A stretch of DNA of 64,000 bases from an uncultured Candidatus Saccharibacteria bacterium. Its GTDB lineage: Bacteria > Patescibacteriota > Saccharimonadia > Saccharimonadales > CAYLGV01. The first letter of the stretch is position 1, and each line of letters opens with the position of its first letter. The stretch lies in NCBI GenBank assembly GCA_964394925.1, contig CAYMZG010000004.1:31208-95207 (forward strand), read 5' to 3'. This document shows, piece after piece, positions 53,412 to 62,382 of this stretch. A program made the position numbers and the translations under genes. The notes below the pieces were generated by a model. It was not told the origin of the DNA. It saw nothing but the letters and a program-made list of their open reading frames with translations, and made no database searches.

Positions 53412-53945
53412 TTACTTCTGGCCTTTAAGGGCCTTATCGATCAATTTGGCATCTTTCGTAGCGTCGACCTTTTCGTCTACGATTGCCTCTGTTGCATCAG
53501 AGACCATGCCTACAATTTCTTTTTCTAGCTTGCGTTTAGCTTGCTGTGTTTCTTCAGCAATCCGCGCTTCGGCGTCAGCCAACATTGTATCTACCTTGCG
53601 CTGTCCAGACTTTTCGGCTTCGCGAATAATTTCACGAGCTTCTTTCTGGCCATTGCTAATGATTTTGTCGGCTTCAGTACGAGCGTCGCGCATGAGTTGC
53701 TTGACTTCAGCGTCGAGCTTGGCGCGCTCTTTTTCCATTTCAAGACCCATCTTTACACCATCGTCGATAACCTGACGACGCTGCGATAGCAAACGTGTAA
53801 TAGGCTTGAAGGCAAAACGCTTGAGCACGATCAGTACGAGGACAAAAGTGATCAGCTGGATCAGGAATGCCTTGCCGTTGACGCCAAGTGCATCCAGTGG
53901 TGATCCGCCTGCGGCGGCTTCGCTTGCAAAATATAATTGCACCAC
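53412..53945 (-). CDS. atpF: Fo ATP synthase subunit b
   Basis: One N-terminal TM followed by a long charged helix. Operon position. Confidence 0.85.
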   Translation of the reverse strand: MVQLYFASEAAAGGSPLDALGVNGKAFLIQLITFVLVLIVLKRFAFKPITRLLSQRRQVIDDGVKMGLEMEKERAKLDAEVKQLMRDARTEADKIISNGQKEAREIIREAEKSGQRKVDTMLADAEARIAEETQQAKRKLEKEIVGMVSDATEAIVDEKVDATKDAKLIDKALKGQK

Positions 53946-53967
53946 GTCTTAACTTCCTTTCGACTAC

Positions 53968-54198
53968 TTAAATGATGAACAATGAGGCAAACACGAGAAG
54001 AGCCATCAATTCGATGATAGCAATGATAACCAAGAGCTGACCAAGGTACTTGCTTGATTCAGGATTACGACCAACCGCATTCATGAAAGCTGCACCGATC
54101 AGACCGATACCAATAGCTGGGCCAAGCATACCAAAGGCCATCATAATGCCCTTAGCAAGCACGTCTAGGCTATCTGCTGCTGCGACTACGTTAAACAT
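53968..54198 (-). CDS. atpE: Fo ATP synthase subunit c
   Basis: Two-helix hairpin with GPAIGIGLIG, the GRNPE loop, and the conserved carboxylate in IAIIELMALL. Confidence 0.95.
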   Translation of the reverse strand: MFNVVAAADSLDVLAKGIMMAFGMLGPAIGIGLIGAAFMNAVGRNPESSKYLGQLLVIIAIIELMALLVFASLFII

Positions 54199-54224
54199 GT
54201 ATTACTCCTTATTACTTTCTTTAC

Positions 54225-55097
54225 TTAATTTCCACTCGCTGTGCCAAGCTCAGCCTGTACGACATCGTCGACGGTGAGTTCGTGGTCAGGATCTTCATGA
54301 GCCTCATGATCGGCGTGCTTCACGGCAACCGCCAGATACATAATGGCCAGCATGACAAAAATATACGCCTGCAAGGCGCCAACCAAGAATTCCAAAATGG
54401 TAAATGGCAGAGCGGTGATTGGGGCCGCAACACTACCAAGGTAGGCAAAGACTGCAATGATGATTTCACCGATGGTAACGTTTAAGAACAAACGTAGGGC
54501 AAGGCTGAAAATACGAGTAAGCTCGCTAAACATTTCAAAAATACCGAGGAATAAGGTAAGGGGATTCTTGAGGCTACCGTTAAAGTAGTGGCGCAGGTGT
54601 TTCTTGACACCAGTCTCTTTAATTGAGAAGTACTGCACCATAACTATAGTGATTGTTGCGATAGCCAAGGTTCCGTTCAGATCGCCCGTAAACGGTCGGA
54701 ACAATGGGGCTTCTACACCTGCAGTGTGAGCGGAGGTAAAGGCTTCACCAACAATTGGCAGCAACCCGAGCCAGTTACTAAAGAGCACGAACCAGAAGAC
54801 GGTGACAAAGTACGGCGCGTATTTAACGGCCTTTTCACGACTTTCGAGTGATGACTCTAGTAAGTTGGTTATAAAGTCGGTGCCCACTTCTACTATTTGT
54901 GTAAAACCACCCTTAGGCCGTAGGGTCATGCGCTTAGCGATATACACTAACACGATCATGGTTAATAGCCCACAAATTGCTCCGTAGAGCATTGAGTTAG
55001 TAACCTGAAACTCCCCGATCGTAAACACAACGGTCGGTGTAATATGAACCGCTGGGCCACTTTCTGCGGCAAATCGTCCGAGCAAACTACTTAACAC
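54225..55097 (-). CDS. atpB: Fo ATP synthase subunit a
   Basis: Polytopic. Essential Arg motif SLALRLFLNV. Confidence 0.92.
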   Translation of the reverse strand: MLSSLLGRFAAESGPAVHITPTVVFTIGEFQVTNSMLYGAICGLLTMIVLVYIAKRMTLRPKGGFTQIVEVGTDFITNLLESSLESREKAVKYAPYFVTVFWFVLFSNWLGLLPIVGEAFTSAHTAGVEAPLFRPFTGDLNGTLAIATITIVMVQYFSIKETGVKKHLRHYFNGSLKNPLTLFLGIFEMFSELTRIFSLALRLFLNVTIGEIIIAVFAYLGSVAAPITALPFTILEFLVGALQAYIFVMLAIMYLAVAVKHADHEAHEDPDHELTVDDVVQAELGTASGN

Positions 55098-55419
55098 GCT
55101 TTTCCTCCTGTTCTTTCATCTCTTCTTCGGCTTGTTCTTTATTTACTTCTTTCACGGTAGCCCATACCGCATACGCGCCGGCCGCGGCGGCAATCATGAA
55201 GCCTGCCAGCGTGTACGATGGACTCGAGTGAAAATGTTGGTCAAGTTTAATACCAGCAATGAGTGGTATCAATACGGTAATTGCCAATCGCCAGCCAAGG
55301 GTAAACGTGGCGCCAAAGAATTGCTTCTGTGCGCTGGTGTTTATGCTACGGAGCTTTTCATCCAACTCATCTCGAGCAACAGTCGTCGTCTCGTCTCTCT
55401 GGGCGGCGGCTTTTTTCAT
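55087..55419 (-). CDS. AtpZ/AtpI-family small membrane protein
   Basis: First gene of the atp operon, with two TM helices. The start is uncertain (ATG 55419 or 55428, TTG 55458). Confidence 0.6.
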   Translation of the reverse strand: MKKAAAQRDETTTVARDELDEKLRSINTSAQKQFFGATFTLGWRLAITVLIPLIAGIKLDQHFHSSPSYTLAGFMIAAAAGAYAVWATVKEVNKEQAEEEMKEQEEKRVK

Positions 55420-55428
55420 CCAACTCAT

Positions 55429-55458
55429 AGTATAGCAAGCTTCTTGAGGTGACTGCAA
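55429..55458 (-). promoter_or_regulatory. Putative atp operon promoter
   Basis: Minus strand TTGCAG, 18-nt spacer, TATACT. Confidence 0.3.
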
Positions 55459-55464
55459 CTACAT

Positions 55465-56148
55465 TTAGCCAGCCGTAAAACCAAGGGCTTGCTTAAGCCT
55501 ATTAAGCGGTGTCAAGCCTTCACCACCCTGACAAGCAGCAGGGTCTTTGGTGACATTGTAGTGATGTGCATCTTTTGGAATTGCATCGTAGCGCGTCTGC
55601 AGGGCCTTGACGTCGTCTTGGCCATAATTAATAAGAAGGACGTCTTCACTCTTAATAACAGTATTAGCTATATGTGTGGCGGGCTGACCGTTAATCGTAA
55701 AGGTAAGCTTGTTACCATCTTGGCCATCAACATAGGTGCCTTTTTCGGTAACCAACACCGTATCACCAAGCGTGTAGCCAAGGTTAGCAAAGAAATCTCC
55801 CCAAGTCACACTATGATCGTGTACATGTATGACATGGTTAACGTTCTCATGCATATGGGTGCGAGAACTAACATCCTCGTGATTATGCGTATTGCAGGCC
55901 GTGACTTCTTCATAGTACCCCGGTCCCTCAAACTGATCCTGTTGGCCGTTTACATACAACCCAAAGTTAGCATGGTAGTGTACGCTCGTATCTTTGATGG
56001 TTGCATAACGAATAGCCACCATCAAGAGAGCGCCTGTTAATATGAGTAAGATCCAAAGTGCCCATTTTGGATGGGCAATGTTACGCAGGGGCTTACGAGG
56101 AGGGCGTTTTGCTTCATGTACCTCAGTAACGTCTGCTTCATCTTTCAT
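55465..56148 (-). CDS. Membrane-anchored extracytoplasmic His-rich protein
   Basis: N-terminal TM. HYHANFGLYVNG and HNHEDVSSRTHMHENVNHVIHVHDH suggest metal binding. Family not identified. Confidence 0.5.
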   Translation of the reverse strand: MKDEADVTEVHEAKRPPRKPLRNIAHPKWALWILLILTGALLMVAIRYATIKDTSVHYHANFGLYVNGQQDQFEGPGYYEEVTACNTHNHEDVSSRTHMHENVNHVIHVHDHSVTWGDFFANLGYTLGDTVLVTEKGTYVDGQDGNKLTFTINGQPATHIANTVIKSEDVLLINYGQDDVKALQTRYDAIPKDAHHYNVTKDPAACQGGEGLTPLNRLKQALGFTAG

Positions 56149-56181
56149 AGCACTCTCAGTCTAACATGGTAAAATATATGT

Positions 56182-56421
56182 ATGGTTACAATATATTCAG
56201 CTGTATGGTGTGCGTACTGTCATGCCGCCAAAGATTACTTAGATAAGCTCGGTGTCACGTACACCGATTTAGATGTTGAAAAAGATCCTGCCAACGCTAC
56301 AGCTTCTGTTGAGAAATCACATCAGATGGGCATCCCCGTTATTGATATCGACGGTGACATTATTGTTGGGTTTGATAAGCCAAAAATTGACGCTGCCCTG
56401 AAAGCACACAAACTGGTATAG
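56182..56421 (+). CDS. Glutaredoxin/NrdH-like thiol-disulfide oxidoreductase
   Basis: VTIYSAVWCAYCHAAKDYL (CxxC) and GIPVIDIDG in a thioredoxin-fold layout. Confidence 0.8.
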   Translation: MVTIYSAVWCAYCHAAKDYLDKLGVTYTDLDVEKDPANATASVEKSHQMGIPVIDIDGDIIVGFDKPKIDAALKAHKLV

Positions 56422-56524
56422 TTTTCTTTTCTGATACCTGAAGTGTGATATTTAGCACATATATAGCGTTGTCACTTCCATTATAAACACCATATCTGGT
56501 ATCATTTAGGTGTTAGGGGGTTAT

Positions 56525-56977
56525 ATGGCTGAATCAATTGAAGTACCAGGTTTTGCTAGCTTAAACTGTGAAGATGCAGACACCGAACATCTGCTTAACG
56601 AGCTTGAGATAGCCTTGCTACAAAGGCCCGAGGAGTTTGGCGAGGCAATAGCATTGATACGTGTGGTGGGCATTGAGGCTGTTGGCAAAATGGTAGATGT
56701 CGTTAGTCAGAGCCCTGAACATCTACATGCCGTGCAACAAGCTTATGAAGTATTTTCGTCGGGTGCCGACAAAGGGGTTGTTGCGTTTGATACGACCACC
56801 GAGGCACAAATTGACGCCAACCCAAAACTACAAGCGCTTATCCACAATCAACAGATGGACCCTGAGCTACGCAGCGCACGTGTAAGACAGCACCGTTTCG
56901 AGATATTTGCTAAACGAGTACTAGACTGGCGAGCAAGCATGAACAAAGACGACGCAACTCTGAAACAAACTGCTTAA
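56525..56977 (+). CDS. Hypothetical acidic protein (150 aa)
   Basis: ATG after TAGGGGG. No motif recognised. Confidence 0.45.
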   Translation: MAESIEVPGFASLNCEDADTEHLLNELEIALLQRPEEFGEAIALIRVVGIEAVGKMVDVVSQSPEHLHAVQQAYEVFSSGADKGVVAFDTTTEAQIDANPKLQALIHNQQMDPELRSARVRQHRFEIFAKRVLDWRASMNKDDATLKQTA

Positions 56978-56998
56978 TCATTGCTATACTAGACGGTA

Positions 56999-57568
56999 AT
57001 GGCACTCGAGGACTATAAACAAAAAGAAGCCGTAGTGGTCGTCTACACGGGAGAGTCAAAGGGTAAAACCAGTGCCTCGGTTGGCTTAATGGCCCGCGCC
57101 CTCGGCACCCGTTGGAAGGTAGCATTTGTTCAGTTCATTAAATACTGGGGTGTTGGCGAACACGTATTCATTCGTGACATTCAGCCGCTCTTTAAAGATC
57201 AACTGTACTTTTACAAAGGCGGTAAGGGTTTCTACAACGCCGGCGAGCTTAGTGCCGACTTCGTAAGCGAAGAGCAGCACAAACAGGCTGCTCAGGAGAC
57301 CTATAATATTGCCCTAGAGTGCGCTTCGAGCGGTGAGTATGATCTAGTCATTTGTGACGAGATTAACAACGCTGTGCACGATGGACTAATTAGCGAAAAA
57401 CAGCTTGAAGAACTCTTTAAAAAACGCGCCAAGAACACGAGTCTGTGTGTAACAGGGCGCAATTTCCCTGAAAAGTTCATTACGTATGCAGATATTGCGA
57501 CAAACATGACTAAAGTTAAACACCACTTCGACGATAAGTTCTTGGCCAATAAAGGGATCGACTTCTAA
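56999..57568 (+). CDS. CobA/CobO/BtuR-type ATP:corrinoid adenosyltransferase-like P-loop protein
   Basis: VVVYTGESKGKTSASVGLMARALG, FVQFIK and LVICDEIN are in the typical family layout. Confidence 0.7.
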   Translation: MALEDYKQKEAVVVVYTGESKGKTSASVGLMARALGTRWKVAFVQFIKYWGVGEHVFIRDIQPLFKDQLYFYKGGKGFYNAGELSADFVSEEQHKQAAQETYNIALECASSGEYDLVICDEINNAVHDGLISEKQLEELFKKRAKNTSLCVTGRNFPEKFITYADIATNMTKVKHHFDDKFLANKGIDF

Positions 57569-57570
57569 TC

Positions 57571-58077
57571 GTGGCCAAGCTATATATGATGTTTGGTTAC
57601 GCTGGGGCAGGCAAAACGACTACCGCCAACGTACTTCATGAGCTGACAGGTGCAGCCCATCTGTCATCAGATGCGGTGCGATCAGCACTATTTAGCAAAC
57701 CTACCTTTTCAGAGGCAGAGCATGAAGAACTCTACCGCTACCTAGACTCTACAACCGAAAGCCTTCTAAAGGCAGGCAATGATGTAATTTACGATGCAAA
57801 TTTAAATCGCAGACAACACCGCCAAGATAAGTACGACATATGTCGACGTACAAATGCGCAGCCAATTCTTATATGGGTTAAAACTCCTCGAGACATGGCC
57901 AAAAAACGATCGGCAGATACGAGCCGTCAACACCTATGGCCACCTAATACGTCACCAGAGCAACTGTTCGAGCGAGTTGCAGAGGCAATTGAAGAACCCG
58001 GCTCCGACGAGCCTCACATTGAAGTCGATGGCACAAGAGTATCACCAGGATATATACAGGGGCTTATTACTCAGTGA
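57571..58077 (+). CDS. AAA_33 / polynucleotide-kinase-like P-loop kinase
   Basis: GTG start 3 nt after the upstream stop. Walker A GYAGAGKTT, followed by SSD and DANL motifs. Confidence 0.6.
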   Translation: MAKLYMMFGYAGAGKTTTANVLHELTGAAHLSSDAVRSALFSKPTFSEAEHEELYRYLDSTTESLLKAGNDVIYDANLNRRQHRQDKYDICRRTNAQPILIWVKTPRDMAKKRSADTSRQHLWPPNTSPEQLFERVAEAIEEPGSDEPHIEVDGTRVSPGYIQGLITQ

Positions 58078-58673
58078 GTAGTCAAGGGGCGGGAAAGTTA
58101 ACCAGACGCCAGCAGAAACGTCTAATTGGGCTTGGCTTTTCACTAGCTTTGCTGGGCATTGCTTGGTATGCCAATAAGCACCCCTTGAGCCAGCCAGGTA
58201 AGGTGTTATCGCAAACTTCGCCCGGCATGTACCACGTCACCGAATTTGTTGATGGCGACACTATTAAAGTTGATATGGACGGCAAAACCGAGACAATTCG
58301 TATGATAGGCATGGATACGCCCGAGACGCATGATCCGCGCAAAGCGGTGCAGTGTTTTGGTATAGCAGCCGCAGCCTACACGAAGCAGCTCATTGGGGAT
58401 AAGCCTGTGCGACTAGAGGCAGACCCGTTAAGTACCAACCGCGACCGTTACAACCGGTTACTCCGTTACGTGTACACTTACGATGGCAAACTTATTGAGG
58501 CCGAAGACATAAAAAATGGTTATGCGTTTGCCTATACGAGTTTTCCATTTACCAAAGCCGACGAGTTCAGGGCCTATGAGAAGGCGGCTCGCGAAGCAAA
58601 CCGTGGGCTTTGGAGTTCGTGCAAGCCAACGCAAAATCAGTATGGCGGCTACACGTCGAACGATGCCCAATAA
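58074..58673 (+). CDS. Membrane-anchored thermonuclease (SNase-like)
   Basis: 4-nt overlap with the upstream gene. N-terminal TM. DGDTIKV, IRMIGMDTPE, DRYNRLLRYV. Confidence 0.8.
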   Translation: MSSQGAGKLTRRQQKRLIGLGFSLALLGIAWYANKHPLSQPGKVLSQTSPGMYHVTEFVDGDTIKVDMDGKTETIRMIGMDTPETHDPRKAVQCFGIAAAAYTKQLIGDKPVRLEADPLSTNRDRYNRLLRYVYTYDGKLIEAEDIKNGYAFAYTSFPFTKADEFRAYEKAAREANRGLWSSCKPTQNQYGGYTSNDAQ

Positions 58674-59516
58674 CTAGTGTTTCATAGGGTTTTTACGGGC
58701 TCGGCGGCGGCGAAACAATTGTGTAATAGTATGCTTTTGCGTGCGATCATCATACGCCAGTCGAACCGGGCGTATCGTACAGTAACCAACCCAGTAAATG
58801 GTCGTAGCGATCCGTGGGCCAAATAAACCAATGCCATGCACTCGATATGAGTTGAGATACATCCCCATATACACTCTGAATTGCGAAATACTGTCATCCC
58901 ACCGCCTCGCAGATACCCCAGCTAACATATGTTCATCGTAGAGAATATTAAAACCAGCCTGATACAGGTGTATAGCCAAGTCTAGGTCTTCATGAACATC
59001 GCTACGGTCACAGAGATCACGGCGCACTGTTTGCCATGCCGAGCGCCGTAGTGCCGCATTGCTCCCAAATAGAAACGGGGCATGTCCCATATGGTTATAG
59101 AGCGCTTGGCGAATACGGTGATCAACTTTGTAGTTCTTGTGTGGCAGAGGGTATTCATAGTAATAAACGGGACCAGTTACAGCAGCATAGCGCTCATCTT
59201 GCATGAGCTCTCTTACGGTTCGTGTCCAGGTTGGTGGCAAAATGGTATCGGCGTCAATTCGCGCAATAATATCACTCTCAGCTTTGTCAAAGCCCTTCGT
59301 GCGAGCATAAAGTACTCCTTGCCGTTTTTCGTTTAGCAATCGTACAAAAGGATACGTCTTGGCGATAGCCACCGTGGAGTCGGTACAATTATTGTTAACT
59401 ACAATAACTTCCTCAGGCATGTCACGTTGCTTGGCTATGGCATCGAGACACCGCTTCAAATGAAGTTCTTCATTATAAACAGGGATAACAATAGATAACG
59501 TTAATGCTTTTTTCAT
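58674..59516 (-). CDS. Family-2 glycosyltransferase
   Basis: LSIVIPVYNEE, VVNNNCTDST, RIDADT. Start placed at MKKALTLS. Confidence 0.8.
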   Translation of the reverse strand: MKKALTLSIVIPVYNEELHLKRCLDAIAKQRDMPEEVIVVNNNCTDSTVAIAKTYPFVRLLNEKRQGVLYARTKGFDKAESDIIARIDADTILPPTWTRTVRELMQDERYAAVTGPVYYYEYPLPHKNYKVDHRIRQALYNHMGHAPFLFGSNAALRRSAWQTVRRDLCDRSDVHEDLDLAIHLYQAGFNILYDEHMLAGVSARRWDDSISQFRVYMGMYLNSYRVHGIGLFGPRIATTIYWVGYCTIRPVRLAYDDRTQKHTITQLFRRRRARKNPMKH

Positions 59517-59544
59517 GAGTTTCGTAGTAAACTTATAGTAACAG

Positions 59545-60708
59545 ATGAAGGCACAATCCAAGAAACAAAAGGGGGCATCCTCAAAACGTGGCATCGACAA
59601 GAACTCGCCACGCTATTTCTGGCGCCAGTTCGTTGGGTGGTGGCACCGCACCTGGTGGCATAAAGCAATAGTTCTGTGTGGAATGGCTTTGGTTATTACT
59701 ATCACAAGTATGTACGGCATTGCGCAGTGGTACATCTATAGTAATCGTCAAGAACCGACTCGACTGGGAGCTACCTTCATTTCCGGCTACGCCACATATT
59801 TAGGTGTTGACCCACATGAAACGTTGTATGCAACCATTCATGATCTTGGTGTACAGCACTTGCGCCTCGTAAGTTACTGGGACAAGATTGAAAAGCAACA
59901 GGGCACTTATGACTTTAGCGATCTTGACTGGCAAATGAAGATGGCTCAAGACGCCGGAGTGCCTGTGTCGCTAGCAATTGGGCTGCGACAACCCAGGTGG
60001 CCCGAGTGTCATATGCCTACTTGGGCATTAAACGAGCCGAAAGATGTATGGCAACCGCAACTTAACCAATTTATAACGGCCGTGATCGAGCGCTATAAAC
60101 ACAATCCAACCCTAGAAAGCTACCAGCTTGAAAATGAATTCTTTCTATCTGCTTTTGGTGAATGTAAAGACTTCGATCGCAACCGGTTAGTTGCCGAAGC
60201 TGAGCTTGTTAAAAAACTCGACCCAAATCATGAACTTATCATAAGTCGTAGCAATAATGCAGTTGGTCTACCGATTGGCAAACCAACACCTGATACCTTT
60301 GGGGTGTCCGTGTATAAGCGTGTTTGGGACAAAACTATCACACATCGTTACTACGAATATCCATTCCCAGCTTGGTTTTACGCTTATTTAGCAGGGGCTG
60401 GCAAAATTATTACTGGTAAAGATATGATTATTCATGAGCTTCAAACTGAAGCGTGGCTACCAGGGGGCTATGACATTAAAAACGCCCCCGTTAGCGAACT
60501 TGATAAATCAATGAACCCCGACCGCCTGTGGCACCGTATCGAATACGGCAAAGGCTCAGGCATGAAGACTATCGACTTGTGGGGAGTAGAGTGGTGGTAC
60601 CAGATGAAGCAACTACGTGGCGAACCTGGGTTATGGGACACGGCTAAAGAAGAGATCAAGAGCACGAAAGCAGAAAATTCACTACGGGCAAATGGCGTGG
60701 ATATCTAG
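59545..60708 (+). CDS. Membrane-anchored clan GH-A (TIM-barrel) glycoside hydrolase candidate
   Basis: N-terminal TM. YQLENEFF (acid/base NE) and IIHELQTEAW (candidate nucleophile Glu). Confidence 0.5.
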   Translation: MKAQSKKQKGASSKRGIDKNSPRYFWRQFVGWWHRTWWHKAIVLCGMALVITITSMYGIAQWYIYSNRQEPTRLGATFISGYATYLGVDPHETLYATIHDLGVQHLRLVSYWDKIEKQQGTYDFSDLDWQMKMAQDAGVPVSLAIGLRQPRWPECHMPTWALNEPKDVWQPQLNQFITAVIERYKHNPTLESYQLENEFFLSAFGECKDFDRNRLVAEAELVKKLDPNHELIISRSNNAVGLPIGKPTPDTFGVSVYKRVWDKTITHRYYEYPFPAWFYAYLAGAGKIITGKDMIIHELQTEAWLPGGYDIKNAPVSELDKSMNPDRLWHRIEYGKGSGMKTIDLWGVEWWYQMKQLRGEPGLWDTAKEEIKSTKAENSLRANGVDI

Positions 60709-61532
60709 TTTCTCAGCAGCCGAGCAAAGATAACTGTGTTCTGTGAATAATGACCAGTACTGGCGTTAAAGCTACCGCCACAGGTAATAAGCCGTAGGCC
60801 TGCATAGGGAATATTGCCGTAAATAGTGTCTGTTGGAAAACTATCTTGCTCAAATTGTCCGGTTGACTCTACTGCAAACGTAGCAACAGTACCATCGACA
60901 CGGGTCACCTTAATCTGATCGCTTACCTGAAGCTCGTGAAGTCGCCAAAACACCGATGGACCCTTATAGGTATCAACATGGCCCACAATAACTGCCGGTC
61001 CAATTTCGCCGGGGGTAGGGCCATATTGATACCAACCCGTAACGGCGTCAAACACACCAGGTGTGGCCATAGAGCCATCAGCATTACGTCCGACAGGCGA
61101 AGTGGCTACATCTACGCCTATGCGTGGTATTTGGAGAGAGCTTGGCAGCGATTTGGGCAAGGAATAGTACTCAGACTTAACAGATGCCTTCGTTACTGCG
61201 GGTAGCATTGCTGAGCTTTCGGCCTGAAGGTGTGGTGTTTTGGTTAGCTGCCAAGCAAAAAAGACAACTCCGACAAGACCAGCAACAACGAGAGCCCAAG
61301 AAGCATGACTCTTTGTATGCTTACTACGAGGTTGATGATACTTTGAACGTTTAGACAGGGAAATCAGCTCGACAGAAATCTGTCGTATACCCCTAAGGTT
61401 AGTACTTAAAACAAGCTGACGATTTGTTCTTGAACGATGGCTTTTAGAAACACGAAAGCGACGCAAGCGAACCAGGAGCACCTTAGTATAAGAGACTCGT
61501 AGGGTTATCGCTGTGGTGCGTCGCTTGTGCAT
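60705..61532 (-). CDS. Sortase-family transpeptidase
   Basis: TM anchor. VIVGHVD and LRLITCGG (TLxTC-type catalytic Cys), with a conserved Arg near the C-terminus. Confidence 0.75.
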   Translation of the reverse strand: MHKRRTTAITLRVSYTKVLLVRLRRFRVSKSHRSRTNRQLVLSTNLRGIRQISVELISLSKRSKYHQPRSKHTKSHASWALVVAGLVGVVFFAWQLTKTPHLQAESSAMLPAVTKASVKSEYYSLPKSLPSSLQIPRIGVDVATSPVGRNADGSMATPGVFDAVTGWYQYGPTPGEIGPAVIVGHVDTYKGPSVFWRLHELQVSDQIKVTRVDGTVATFAVESTGQFEQDSFPTDTIYGNIPYAGLRLITCGGSFNASTGHYSQNTVIFARLLRN

Positions 61533-61557
61533 AATAGAGACCCGGAATACTACCGAA

Positions 61558-62235
61558 TTAAGCTACGAACTTACGGACCAAGCCAACTGCGAGAGCAGTA
61601 GTTGAGCCGATGAGACCAAATAGTGCAGCTGAGCTGTTCTGAGCACCACCGCCACCGGCGTATACACCGCCAGTTGGTACAACCTTCACCTGTGGTGTTG
61701 GTGTTGTTGCCGAAGCAGTTGTTGCAGTCACACAGCCAGTCGGTGCGTTAATAGTGTAGGTCCAACTTGTAGGGGTACCTTGGTCAAAGGCGTAACCCTG
61801 TTGTGCAACGGCCACAATAGTTACAGTTGTACCATTAGGAACCGTGTGGTTGCCAGCAGCAACAACTTGACCATCAACGGTGTAATTCACGCCTACCGTT
61901 GTAGGAATTATGTAAAAACCAAGCTGATCACAGGTAGGATCTACAGAGGTTGCAGGAGTAGCCGTGACACAGGTAACTTCTTGATTCTGTTTATGATGAC
62001 GATTGTGTCGGTCCATGCCATCGTTATTAAAGTAGTTTGTACTATATAGTTCGTTGTCACGGGGAATCTCAACCAAGTCATCGGAACAATCTGGCTTGTC
62101 TTCATTATGATACTGATTATGATGTCGGTCGTTATTATTGTAACGTTCTGCAGATACAGAACTTACGGCTACAACTGGCACTGCAAGTGCCGTTAAAATA
62201 AGACCAATTAGTAATTTATGTGAGGCTCGTGTCAT
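61558..62235 (-). CDS. Secreted surface protein with C-terminal sorting-signal-like tail
   Basis: Signal peptide, His/Asn-rich region, and an Ig-like beta-rich domain bounded by Cys residues. The C-terminus is VPTGG, a Gly-rich stretch, a hydrophobic helix, then RKFVA. Confidence 0.6.
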   Translation of the reverse strand: MTRASHKLLIGLILTALAVPVVAVSSVSAERYNNNDRHHNQYHNEDKPDCSDDLVEIPRDNELYSTNYFNNDGMDRHNRHHKQNQEVTCVTATPATSVDPTCDQLGFYIIPTTVGVNYTVDGQVVAAGNHTVPNGTTVTIVAVAQQGYAFDQGTPTSWTYTINAPTGCVTATTASATTPTPQVKVVPTGGVYAGGGGAQNSSAALFGLIGSTTALAVGLVRKFVA

Positions 62236-62382
62236 GGTACCCTCGTACTCCCATTGATTATTAATACTAATTGGATTCTGTACTATGTTTTACTGTATGT
62301 CAAATATCTTATAGAGCTTAAGCTTATGTTATTTTGAAAGAAATATCATATTAAGGTAAGACTAGCCAGTAATTTTGGTAAT

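Noticed and set aside
55489-56040. 183-aa plus-strand ORF
   Set aside because: It is antisense to the His-rich membrane protein gene, which has the more coherent features (TM anchor, motif clusters, operon context).
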